Part shown: piece after piece, positions 38,026-49,471 of the stretch
Layout: the number at the start of each line of letters is the position of its first letter
Numbering within the stretch: position 1 is the first letter of the stretch
NCBI GenBank assembly: GCA_000934665.2
Contig: JYFJ02001628.1
Coordinates: 1-64,000 of the forward strand
DNA from: Catajapyx aquilonaris
Taxonomy: Eukaryota
Length of the DNA stretch: 64,000 nucleotides
Direction of reading: 5' to 3'
Translations under genes and position numbers: made by a program
The notes under the pieces: generated by a model
Databases searched by the model: none
What the model saw: the letters and a program-made list of their open reading frames with translations, nothing else
What the model was told of the DNA's origin: nothing

Positions 38026-38348
38026 TTTGAGTAAGGCCATGGTTTGAGTAAGGGCGCCATTTGAGTAAGGCCACCGTTTGAGTAAGGCCAGCGCTTGAGT
38101 AAGGGCGCCATTTGAGTAAGGCCACCGTTTGAGTAAGGCCAGGGTTTGAGTAAGGGCGCCATTTGAGTAAGACCACCGTTTGAGTAAGGCCAGCGCTTGA
38201 GTAAGGGCGCCATTTGAGTAAGGCCACCGTTTGAGTAAGGCCAGCGCTTGAGTAAGGGCGCCATTTGAGTAAGACCACCGTTTGAGTAAGGCCAGGGTTT
38301 GAGTAAGGGCGCCATTTGAGTAAGGCCACCGTTTGAGTAATGCCACCG
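38026..38348. repeat. Minisatellite: 19 x 17 bp (YTTGAGTAAGG-N6) with a 51-bp three-unit higher-order period, in neuroligin A intron 1
   Basis: Units cycle tttgagtaaggccagcg / yttgagtaagggcgcca / tttgagtaaggccaccg with no indels. Confidence 0.95.
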
Positions 38349-39200
38349 TGAATAATTAAGCCCATCGTACATAATTATATTAATGAGAAAGTTTGGCTAT
38401 ATGTATGTCCTGGCTACCTAAACCATTTCGGAGTACTGAGAGTGCTGAAACTTGGCACACTGACGTCCTACGTGCCGCTGATTTCGGGAAAAGTCTGAAA
38501 ACTGCAATTTTTTCAAAAAAACTCTGAATACCCAAAATTTAGGGGGTTTTTTTTNGGGGGGGGTTAATATGTGGTGTCTTATCTGCTGCAATTGTGGAGC
38601 AGATTTTAAAAATTATTTATCAATCACCGTGCGAAGAATGGGTCCCTTGCTAGTATGTAAATAAGGCTCAGAGTTCAGGGGGCACCGACTTCATCTCTGA
38701 ACATCCGGAGCAGAGTAGAACAAAGAATCAAATGGGTCGCAGTTTGGCGTCCTCTGAGAGGAATTGCGTGGATGGCAGTGGAGAAATCCGTCTAAATTCC
38801 CCTCAGGAGTGCGACTGTCGTTCCCATATCTGCCGAGTCAAAGTTGGGTGGGGATTGTGCCCAAAACAGGAAGGGATTGCTCCGCATTGAGAAGGGAATG
38901 GGGCTGTGGGTGGGTGGGTGGACTAGAGAGGTATGGAGAGGGGGGGGGGGGTACTGGCGACGGAGCCGACGCCGTCGACGCCGGAGGAGTGCCGGGGATC
39001 GATCGGGCGCTGACACGAAAGAGAGGAAGATGGGTGGGTGGGTTGGTGCATTGGTGGGTGGAGGGATGGGGGTTGCTTTTACTCTTCTTCGTTTCAAACG
39101 GCTTACAAGAATGTGGTGAATGACCTCTGAACCCTCGCTGAATCTATGAAATTGCGTTGTTGCCAAATTCATTGCTAATTGGGAACATGATTCTCGACAG

Positions 39201-39356
39201 CGGGTCCTCCCGAGGCCATGCAGCGACACCCTGTACTGGTCTTCATCCATGGGGAGTCCTTCGAATGGAACGCTGGCAACCCGTACGACGGATCGGTCCT
39301 GGCCGCCTACGCCTCTGTCGTCGTAGTCACCGTCAACTATCGTCTTGGAGTCTTGG
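39201..39356 (+). CDS. Nlg: Neuroligin A coding exon 2
   Basis: cgacag| acceptor; [45 protein letters not shown](G); donor G|gtacgg. Confidence 0.95.
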
Positions 39357-39381
39357 GTACGGATGTCCACTACACCTAGGC

Positions 39382-39485
39382 CTGTTTACGCTCTCACTAT
39401 TTGAGCCTCGGTCGCACGACCAATGTTGTCGGTCGCAAAGCGTCTGGTCGTGCGACCGAGGCTCGAATCGTGAGGACGTAAACAG
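39382..39485. mobile_element. Hairpin MITE in neuroligin A intron 2
   Basis: ctgtttacg..gagcctcggtcgcacgacca / tggtcgtgcgaccgaggctc..cgtaaacag. Confidence 0.75.
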
Positions 39486-39538
39486 TCAAATTGTTTACCA
39501 GATTGCAAATTGCAAATGAGTAATTGACGTACTTTCAG

Positions 39539-40500
39539 GCTTCCTGAATGCAAATCCGGCGCCGCACCTGAAGGGTCGGATGGCCAATTACGCCCTGATG
39601 GATCAGATCGCCGCTTTGCACTGGGTCCAGGAGAACATCGGAGGCTTCGGAGGTGACCCTCGAAATGTGACCCTAATGGGTCACGGGACCGGTGCAGCGT
39701 GCGTCAACTTCCTGCTGCTGTCACCTGCGGTCGTACCGGGGCTTTTCCATCGGGCGGTACTGATGTCCGGATCGGCTCTGGCGTCCTGGGCGCTGGTGCC
39801 GGATCCGGTTGTGTTTGCGGTACGGCTGGCAAGAAAGGTCAACTGCACTGTACCGACGGATATGGTCCAACGGCATGAGGAGATGGTCGCATGTTTGAAG
39901 GAGGTGTCACTGGAGGAGCTGTTGGCGGCGGACGTGTCGCCACCTGCGTTTCTACCCGCGTTCGGCCCGTCGGTGGACGGAGTGGTCATCTGCCCTGACT
40001 TTAGACGACGGCTGGGTGGCTCTTTGCTGGGGTCATCGTCGTCTCTGACGGCGGCAGCGGCGTCCAAGAGAAGCGAGCCATCATCGCCGACGATACGACC
40101 GCCTCTGCTGTTCGGAGTCGTCAGCGCCGAGTCGCTCGAGTGCTTCGGAGAGACGGAGCTGCAGAAGGGGCTGGAGGCTGAGAGACGCGACCGGCTGCTG
40201 AGGACGTACGTGAGGAACGCGTACCGGTTTCATCTGAACGAGATCTTCCTGGCGGTGGCCAACGAGTATACGGACTGGGAACGGACAGTACAGCATCCGA
40301 TCAACACGCGCGACGCGGCGGTTCAGGCGCTGAGCGACGCCAGGGTGGTGGCGCCTTTGGTGCAGGCAGCGGACATGCTGTCGTCGTCGAGAGGTTCGTC
40401 CTTCTCCAACGGCGGAAGCACCAATGGAAACGGAGTCTCCACTCCGGAAGCTTTCTTCTACGTTTTTGATTACCAGACGCGTGACGGATCATATCCTCAG
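39539..40500 (+). CDS. Nlg: Neuroligin A coding exon 3
   Basis: tttcag| acceptor; GFLNAN...DQIAALHWVQENI..FGGDP..GHGTGAAC...YTDWER...YVFDYQTRDGSYPQ; donor CAG|gtaagg. Confidence 0.95.
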
Positions 40501-40687
40501 GTAAGGCGTAAGGGATTAATCCTGTGGTACTGACGCCACTGTCGAGAGTGCTTAATGGCCATAGATATTCTTGGTGAAAATTTGTGTGGAACATACTGCA
40601 CGTGACATGGTGACTTCAGTACCCAAGTTCGGATACCGATAACATACAAACCGAACAAATATTTTTAACCACTCTCTATCGTTGCAG

Positions 40688-40839
40688 CGACTGGGAACTG
40701 CGCAAGGTGAAGAACTGGCTTACATTTTCGGCGCTCCTCTTGTGCCTGTCCTTTCTCCCTTCGCTCGGAACTTTTCCCGGGCAGAAGCAGCTCTCTCAGA
40801 GTCCCTCATTGTCTTCTGGACCAATTTTGCACGATCAGG
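40688..40839 (+). CDS. Nlg: Neuroligin A coding exon 4 (not in the ORF track)
   Basis: ttgcag| acceptor; RLGTAQGEELAYIFGAPLV...WTNFARS(G); donor GG|gtaagt. Confidence 0.93.
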
Positions 40840-40903
40840 GTAAGTTCTGCACACTCACTGCTGTGGTCATGTTCAACTAACCTGAATTCTGGTCTGTTTC
40901 CAG

Positions 40904-42038
40904 TACTCCCAACGAACCCCAGAGGCAAGAGGCCGTCCTGGCAGGCTCAAAAGAGCGCAACAGATTCAAAGCGGTGACGTGGGAGCCTTACGATCCCGTC
41001 CACCAACGGTACCTCGAAATCGGACTCAAACCGCGAGTCAAGAACCACTTCAGGGCCCACCAGCTGTCCCTCTGGCTCCGGTTGGTCCCTGCCCTTCACC
41101 GGGCCGGCGACGATGGTGCTGCCGACGCCCGGCACCACCGATTCCCAGGTCACGACGACCCTGGACTGTACGGAGGCGCGGTTCGAGGCCTATCAGACTT
41201 CGAAGGGGTGGTATCGCCCGGCACTATCACGGAAGAGATGGATCCGGACGCCCCTGCGACCACCTGCGCCCCGGTGTTGGCCCCGGGTGCGCCCCCGTCC
41301 GGAGGGCCGGCCGTGCTCGTGTCCGGAGCCAACGGAAGCGAGGCGCTGGCACCTCTGGAAGCAGCCGGATACACCGCTTACTCGACCGCCCTTAGTGTGA
41401 CCATCGCCATCGGATGCTCACTGCTCATCCTCAACGTGCTCATCTTCGCCGGGGTGTACTACCAGCGGGACAAGCGTCGCCTCGAGGCCAAAGGAGGCGT
41501 CGCAATGGGCGGTGGTGGCGGCGGAGGCGGTGTAGGACCTCACCATCACAGAGACATGCCCGGCAAACCGGAGGGATCGGACGAGCCCTTAGCAGTCCTG
41601 GGCACCGGTTCCAAGTCCCTGAAGGCGCCGCCACCGTCCCCGGCCGCCCCGCCGCCCCCACCGTGCGCCATGCCCCCACCGCGGTTCCAGCCTCCCCATC
41701 CCCATCACCATCCCCACCAGCATCACCACCAGCACCAGCACCAGCATCCTCACCAACACCCGCAGCACCAGCACCACCAGCATCCGCCTGACTACCCCCC
41801 AAACGGTGCCGCGACTCTTCCTCTGCCTCCTAGGTCCTCCTCAGCCGCAGCAGCAGCCGCAGCGGCCGCAGCGGCTGCTGCTGCCGCCTCCGCCCCAACA
41901 GCCACCTTACCCCGTGCCCCCAGGGTGGCCGCCCCGCCCCTTGCCCCAGCCCCGGCCGAGGCCCAACCACTCTTGCCCCAAGGAGGTCAGCAGAACCCTC
42001 GTGCCCGCCTGCCAGCCATGAACGAGATGCGCGTCTGA
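40904..42038 (+). CDS. Nlg: Neuroligin A coding exon 5 (stalk, TM, cytoplasmic tail)
   Basis: ttccag| acceptor; TPNEP..ERNRFK.VTWEPYDPVHQRYLEIGLKPRVKNHFRAHQLSLWL; TM helix; ends MNEMRV*. Confidence 0.95.
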
Positions 42039-43388
42039 CCTTTACACCCATCCTATGTCCCCTACTCATGTTCCGACTTCTAGACCGGGTCTCCCCAAGT
42101 CGGAACACTTGAGTTTTCCTATACGAACGATGAACGATGAACGATCGAGACGCGCCGACAATCAACAGCCGCGCCCGCAATAATAAAGTCTGTCCACGGA
42201 GCGCCTCTCTGTGTGTCTGTCTGTCTATTTGTCTCTCCCCGCGGCATTTTCCTCCCCACAACCTTTATAATATTCTGCCCCTCCTTACCCCACAACCTCG
42301 CACTTTTTTAACCCCATGACCCACCGCCAGAGCACGAACCGGGAAGCCGCGCAAAATAATGAAAAAAGGACGCAAGATGGCGAGGCAACTCATTTCCAAA
42401 AAATATATATAAACAATCCAGCGACCAGATATTTCAACCTTTCCCATAAAAAACGATTCAACAATTGCAGGGGAGAAGCGTCTCTTTTGTGTCCAAGATT
42501 CAACTTTTAAGGTGAATAAAAATTGAAAACATGATTCATTTCGAACTGGTTCATTTTTTTGGCTAATTTTGTTGACAGGTCTTGGTGTCGCTGTAAGCGG
42601 GTAAGTAATGAATGTCTTCAATCAAAATGGGCGGAATTGAGATGACAGATCTAGATCTAGATTTGGAAATATGATTGAAAAGGTCGTCAATATTCATTTT
42701 TCTTGCAGCTGACACTATGATTGTTTGCCACTTTCTGAAAAACAATAAAATTTTAGCAAAAACGAAATTTTCTTGTACTGTATATAGGACGAAGTGTCAT
42801 ATATCGGATGAATTAATTATTGTAAATGAACAAAGTGGACATTAATATGCACTTGCCTTTGATTTAAGCAGCCAATGCAAACAATCGAATTTCTACTGTT
42901 CTATTGTCGGTATGACGTCACCTACAAAGGATCGGTTATAGGCAACTTCAGAGTTCCTGTAAATCTATTTATTCGCAAACATGTTCTGGTACGGTCGACT
43001 GGCTCACTTTAATTTGATCCGCCCTCGCGCAGTAATGTTACAAAGGCTTTGATCGACGAATAAGTCACATCCTGAAAGTGCCTTTTTCGAGTATTCAGCA
43101 GGTTACACCCACACACATTTTGGGAACAAACTTTCTGAGTAGGATCAGGATGTAAAACGAGTGTCAAAAAACCCCTACTGTTGGAACTGGATGTCTCCCT
43201 TGAGAGTCTCCGCTGATTGTGAGTGGCGTGTACATGCTTAAAGGTAATGCCTTATTTGCCACACTTTGAGTCCATAACAGGCGGGACCTATGGGATAAAA
43301 AAAAGTATGGGGATGTAAAACCTACGCAAAATTTTGCAATCACGACAGGACGACCTTTTCAAACTCTTTCGGCATGAAAAATCCTCTG

Positions 43389-43463
43389 CTGGACACGGGG
43401 ATTAAACCCAGGACCAGTTATGTGAGACCAGGATCTATACCCCCTCAGAGCTCTCACGCTGGG
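43389..43463 (-). mobile_element. Degenerate tRNA-derived SINE head
   Basis: Minus strand agctctgagggggtataga (A-box-like) ... gggtttaatccc (B-box-like) at tRNA spacing; no intact cloverleaf. Confidence 0.35.
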
Positions 43464-44510
43464 CAATTTTCATCAAATACTCTACACCACCCGGCTATTA
43501 CAGGCGCATACACTTACACATTCATGCAACTGTACTCATGTGGAGCAATACCATGCATACCAAGACCGGCGGACCGAATACATAATTGGGTGTACGGGAC
43601 ATTAGGAAAATAACAACCTTGCTCTTTTCCCAGTGCCTGCAGCAGTATGTGGATGTTTATAATGAGATGCATAATTTGCTTCATTTTCACATCTTTGGGA
43701 CGTACATGATAATGAGGGGAAAACTTGCTGAGTAGGCTAGTTGATATCAGGGAACTGTATACGTTGCTAATCAGCTGGCATCATAATAAAATTATCGGAT
43801 TATTTTAACGAAGCGCAGCATATCTATTTACAGTGCATAGTAATTGCCATTTTGTAGCGGGGCTTGATTATGCTCGAAATAAGTTACGGTGCCCACTCTT
43901 CTAGTGTAGTGTACTAGAAACATTTGCATCTACCAAACTGTTCGTATAATGAGGGACACGTGTCCTGACTGTATTTCACTGCGACACACTTGTCCCAAAA
44001 CGGAATGAAATTCAAGCGTACCAAACAGTCAACTAGCATCCTCCTAACAACATACGCTCAACTACGTGAATAATTATGACTCAAACACTGTACGAAAATC
44101 ATGTTTCAAAGAGTTTCAGGTGCTCTTCACCCCTATGTCAAAAACTTATCGAAACATACACGCTATTCGATGTAGTGACCACAAAGTGCTCTTATGAAAT
44201 ATTTAACGCAAAATTTTCTACGTAAGAGTCAACCTGATATTCCTTGCAAAATGATGCCCTGTCATCCAATCAGTGTTTCAGTCACTGACAGCGGTACTGC
44301 TTACTAGCTTTGTTGTCGAGGCTGGTTGTCAAGAGTTGCTCAAGTGCTATTACAAAATGTAGTGGACATTACCCTTGTACACAGAATAATACAATACATT
44401 AATTAAGCAAACGTGTATTAAATAAGAGCTTAAGTAGCAGACCGGAACCATAGCACCAGTTGAGGAGGGGTATAGAGTCTGAACAGTTTTTGGAAGCCAC
44501 CCATGGGTCA

Positions 44511-45321
44511 CTAAGAATCAGACGATTTGGAGGCCAGTGACCTGGAGTACTGCGGATACCAAGCCCTGGCTGTGGGCTGACTGCGCCGTCGCACCGCATC
44601 GGCCGAGGGCTGAGGGCCGTTTGGCCCCAGGGTGAGCGTCAAGTTCGACGTCTGCACCGAGGTAGTTGTTCTTGGAGGAGGAGCAGGCTTAAGCCTAGGC
44701 AACGTCTGGGTGTGGGCCTCCACTTTGGGGGCCTTGGGGTGTCGGGGAAGTGACCTGGTACCCAACTCTCTGTCTGTCTTGGGTTCGTCTGGGTCAGGCC
44801 TGAAGGTCTGCAGCCGCAGAGGCGACCTGGCTGGAGGAGGGGTGCTCTTCAGCACCCTGACAGTCTCTGGCTGGTAGGCCACCACCGACGGAGGGAGGTC
44901 AGGAAGGACCTTTGGGAGCTGGAGGCGACGGATGGCCTCTAAAGGATCTCCGGGAGGAAGAGGTGGTGGTGGAGGTGGATGCGCGGTTGTGGGAGTGGTC
45001 GACGGTGTCGTTATCGTTGTCGTTGTGGTGGCGCCGTCGACGTGGAGCTTCTGCCTCATGGCGGTTCCGGGCCTGGGAAGCGTGGATCGAAGCTCTTCCT
45101 TGACCGCGTCGATTCGGACTGGGTCAGCTGCCTCGGGGCCGCCCGTAGCATCCACGGCCACTGTGGCCTTCCTTACTAGGGCCATAGCCTTGGTCGTAGC
45201 TGGTGGTGTTTGCCGCGCTATCCAGTTGCGTACCTTGCTCTGCGCGTCCTCAGTGCTCACGCTGTCTTTACGTCCTCGTCCGCGACGTTTATTGGTAATA
45301 TCCACGATGTCGCCCACATGG
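44511..45321 (-). CDS. Nlg: Neuroligin B coding exon 8 (cytoplasmic tail)
   Basis: cttgcag| acceptor in phase 2; about 270 open codons, DAQSKVRNWI...RAWYPQYSRSLASKSSDS*. Confidence 0.85.
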
Positions 45322-45440
45322 CTGCAAGGTTATCAAAAGGGCATTGGCGACTTCATTAGGTTACGTAAACCAGGAAGTCGGTTGGCAAGTAAAGATAACG
45401 CCCACTGAATACACTAATAGACGTTCCCATACGAACGTAC

Positions 45441-45942
45441 CTGGGAAGACTCTCGCCAGGCTTGAGAGGCCTGAACTTCTTCCGGAGCGCTTCTTCCTGC
45501 AGGCGAAGTCGTCTTCGCTGGTAAAACATTCCGGCACATGCGCAGCCATTCAGAAGAAGTAGACAAACGCCGGTGACCAACGCGATCCGGAGCGTTGCTG
45601 ACGCCATGGTGGCCTGCAGATCAGGAGGCGGTTCAGACGGGGACGGGTTGGACGACGGTTTCTGGTTCTCCGGGTGGTCGCTGGCCAAATCAGGCTTCGG
45701 CCTAACAGGAGGCGCAAAGTGGATCGGCGGTGCAGGCGCCGGAGGTGGCAGTATCGGCGGATACGGCGTTGCCGGGTACCTAGCCGGAGGGAAGCTGCGT
45801 CTCTTCGGTTCCTCCGGAGTCAACGGAGGAGGCGGAGGCGGTGGTAGGACTTCCAGCTGGGCAGCCAGTTTGGCCGGAAGGTTTTCATTCCAGAAGGTGG
45901 CAAACTCGCGTCTGTAGTTGGACCGGACCACCAAGGGCAGAG
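45441..45942 (-). CDS. Nlg: Neuroligin B coding exon 7 (Pro-rich stalk and TM)
   Basis: ttgcag| acceptor; VRSNYRREFATFWN; TM helix; donor CAG|gtacgt. Confidence 0.9.
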
Positions 45943-46403
45943 CTGCAAATTTGTGGACTAGGAGTTATTCACTTTTAAGGGTAGTCAGGAAAAAAGCCGT
46001 ATCTGAAATGGGCAGGTAAGGCCCGTTTACACGAGGCCGTTGCTAGCAAAAATCCAGTAATGTCTGACCCTACTACTGGGTGTGCCAAAAGTTAAAGAAT
46101 AACCCCATCGGTGCGGATGTGTCACAGTCGCGTCCATCCCAAAGATGGCTGTACTGAAGGCCATGATGGAATCTCTCCTTCTCAGATTCCCTCAGGACCA
46201 GATAAGCCGCCCGGCATGCACTTGTCACATGAATGCATACCTGAGCAAGACACACATGCGTGGGACGAGAAGCACGCGGGTCACAATTACCCCCCACTTA
46301 TCTACGCGATCAGTGGCATAATGCATTTGCCACATTTCTGAGCCGCGTCTGGGGAGGGGCTGAATATGACAACTCTCCATGGAATCTGAAAAACAAACTG
46401 TAC

Positions 46404-46522
46404 CTATGTCTAAGTATTTTGGCTGCTCAGTGCTGAAGGCCGGCCACACGATGTCATCCAGTTGGGGGTAGTCGATAGCCTCAGACGTCAGAAACCCTCC
46501 TCGAGACGGATAGTTCGGATTC
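46404..46522 (-). CDS. Nlg: Neuroligin B coding exon 6
   Basis: NPNYP...WPAFSTEQPKYLDI; preceded by a 64-nt intron. Confidence 0.88.
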
Positions 46523-46586
46523 CTGTAATCACATTGTAAGTACATTGAGAGTTGCTACCAATGATCATGAATGTGACATTGCTAAC

Positions 46587-47096
46587 CCTGTCCTGGCAAA
46601 GTTGGTGAACAGCCTCATGACCATCTCCGAGACGACCCGGTCCCTCGCGGTGTACTCAGTCTTCCAAGGTCCGAGTGTCCCTCCGACCAACGGTGCTCCA
46701 AACACGTATGCCAACTCTTCTCCAGGTATGGATCCCAGTTCTTCTGGATACCTGGACGACTCACTTCGATGTGAGAACACGTACAGAAACGAGGCCGGTC
46801 TGACCTGCGAGTGCAGCTCGGCCATCTTCAACACAGGAGCCACCACCATGGCGTCCCCAAGGGCGGCCATCAGTGCGTCACGTGTGGCTGACGCGCTCAG
46901 TTCGCGTCGTCCCCACCGGTAGTACATATGCAAGATGGACGCCGCAGCAGTGTCAGCCCCTTTCTCATAGTGGTTGTGAGCAAATTCACGAAGGATCTTG
47001 TCTCGTTGCTGCTCAGACACACCGTGAGCTAGTGCATCGGCCTCTAGGAAGGAAGCACCTTCCGCTTGGGTCACTCCATATAGCAGGTCATATCGC
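46587..47096 (-). CDS. Nlg: Neuroligin B coding exon 5
   Basis: RYDLLYGVT..E...LGDAMVVAP...GEELAYVFGAPL...TNFART(G). Confidence 0.93.
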
Positions 47097-48022
47097 CTGT
47101 AAAAAAACGTGCCATTATTTTCCCATCCATTAGCCGGCTCCATATGGCTATCACTAAGTTGTCACTTCCAATTCCATTTGGAGAGCGAGTAACAGCCGTG
47201 CTTCAGATTTACAGGTGCTTTTACCATAATTGTAATGACTTTAGTTCGACCAATAAAGGCAATTACAGCAGCGACCATCCAACCGCCACTTGGGCCCATT
47301 TCATTGCGATCTCGACCATAAAAGCCCTTGTTATATGCTCTCCAACTAGGGAACGACGTAGCAACAAATGGACACACCGCAAGAAACACTATTCTAGCTA
47401 GGATCCGGCACAGAATTCATTCGCTAAAGTGCATAAAATACCCTGCATTTATATCTAATTTGCGTTTAATCTAGTGAAAAGCTGCAGTGCCGTGAAAACC
47501 CCCGCCATATTTCTGTGCTTCAGTCGAAATACCTCGTACGGTTTGATTCATTGTTCCCACCGGCTCCCTATGCAAAAAAGGCAGCCAAACGGAAAACACC
47601 GTGGTCGAAAATTTCCCCCATAATAAACACACGCTCCCGGAAATTGCTCAACTCCCTCTCAGGAACCTTTCGCACCCAGTCCAGGTCCCGTCATTACCCC
47701 CCTCAAAAAATGCTCCGGACAAGTGTCATCAATCACCCTTGTTACAAATCGAACCCCAAATTTCCGGCGACAATATCCCCGCCCCAGGACAAATGTCACA
47801 CGCGAAATGGGAGGCACCCAGACAAAAAGTGTACAACACATTTGACAATGACGTACTGACTAGTAGATATGAGTATGCAACAAGGCTATGGCACTAAAAT
47901 TTTAAAATGCATAAAAATATGCGCATAGTGCACATTTTAATGCTGCGGACCCCGTTATCCGCGGTGCGGTTTCAGTTATCCGCGGTTTGAAAATAATTTT
48001 TTTGACCGTAAATTTCTCGTAC

Positions 48023-48305
48023 CTGAACAGATCCCTATATGAAGTCATGATATGTACCGGCTCGTTTGGTACCATAGCACCATCCACCACAGGTCCAAAT
48101 GGTGTCCTGAAGTTGGGTACTCTGACTTGCGACCTTGCCTCCAGCAGCTCTGAAAGCCTCTTCTTTTGCAAGCACGAGGCTGTGCTAGGTCCCACGGGAC
48201 AGTTGAGGGCTTCGGCCAACTGGATAGTAAACTGCAGCGGCGAAGACGTAAGTGCCAAGGGACTCAGGGCTGATCCGGACATGAGGATGGCTCGTCGAAA
48301 TAATC
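48023..48305 (-). CDS. Nlg: Neuroligin B coding exon 4
   Basis: GLFRRAILMSGSALSP...FGPVVDG..PNEP; donor AG|gtacga. Confidence 0.92.
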
Positions 48306-48568
48306 CTGCGGCCGGGATTTCATCAATCGATGCCGCCTCCAAAGGGACATTTCTGCTCAATTCCTCCCGATTTCACTCGCTCTCTACCACCCCCCCTTTT
48401 TTTGGTAGGTTATCCAGGAGTTGGAAAATGCATGCAAATTTTGGACCTACTGTTTGGTAGCGATAATCAAGGTTATGAATTTTGAAATATTCGGAAGGCA
48501 CTGTAGCGCGTAAGAGATTATTAACTTAGCGATTTCCAATAGCGGTTAATTTTTGGTGGGTACTGTAC

Positions 48569-48766
48569 CGTTTATGGCTTGTGCGACGGGTGACAGCAGT
48601 AGAAAGTTGACGCATGCGGCTCCAGTTCCGTGACCCACAAGAGTCACATTGCCAGGGTCACCACCAAATGTTGCTATATTGTTCTGAACCCAATGTAAAG
48701 CTGCTACTTGATCAAACAGACCAAAGTTGCTCCTGGTGTCTTCGCTCAGCCCGGGTCGAAGAAAGC
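48569..48766 (-). CDS. Nlg: Neuroligin B coding exon 3
   Basis: GFLRPGLSEDTRSNFGLFDQVAALHWV...GHGTGAACVNFLLLSP; donor G|gtacag. Confidence 0.93.
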
Positions 48767-49471
48767 CTATAAAAAGTATGCTCAATGTTGCTTAAATAGT
48801 TTATAATACTCATCGTCGGTTATTGCACTGTAGTGTTAATATCGTGCGCAAAATTGAGCTCGAAAAAAAATATCACTTATTAGCAAAAAGGGGTTTCATT
48901 AGTTAGTCGCCATACGGCATGCATAGATGGGTCGGGTATCGACTTCTTTCCTAATATATGGCCACTTGGAAGTTATACGTGCACCATTACCCCAAATGAA
49001 ATCCATTCCGAATGTCCCGAGCCTTAAAATTAATGAAAATTGCACGACTATCGAAAACCCTGTTTCGTTACAACGGCCGACAGTAGTGCAATATTGAAAA
49101 TTTTTGCCACCCCATTTCTTTTTAGCAGAAAATAATAACGTACCCTGGATTTTCAAATCACAAAACGCACACTTTTAATGAAAATGTGCGACGGTACAGT
49201 TTGTACTTCCAGGTTCTAATTGGCGAAAATTTTTCAGGGTGAATTTATTTTCTTGTTAGTTTCCTTCATCAGTGGCTGTCCTTTCTTCGCCACCTTGTCC
49301 TCCCAAAAAATTTCAAAACGTAAAAAAAAAACCACGTGACATTGATGAGACATTCAAGCGTCGATAATTCACCGTCGCACCCATGTTGAACGTGCTGGCA
49401 TGTCTCTGACAGGCCGAGGGCATGCTAAAAAACCTAGAGGCAACAAACAAAAGTTGGCCATTCGCCCGCAC

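Larger units (their letters stand above)
36948..42038 (+). other. Nlg: Neuroligin paralogue A. CDS join(36948..37455,39201..39356,39539..40500,40688..40839,40904..42038) = 2913 nt, 970 aa
   Basis: Cholinesterase-like domain ([30 protein letters not shown] in place of GESAG), TM segment YSTALSVTIAIGCSLLILNVLIFAGVYYQRDK, PPDY motif, C-terminal PDZ ligand EMRV. GFLNANPAPHLK resembles insect Nlg4-type sequences as I recall them. Confidence 0.95.

Noticed and set aside
38026..38348. CRISPR-like array or repeat protein (all three minus frames open)
   Set aside because: There are no unique spacers and no cas genes, and it lies in a eukaryotic intron. The 17-bp period rotates one stop-free pattern through all frames, which explains the ORFs.
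43389..43463. Functional tRNA gene
   Set aside because: A/B boxes are degenerate and the acceptor stem does not pair; kept only as a possible SINE head.
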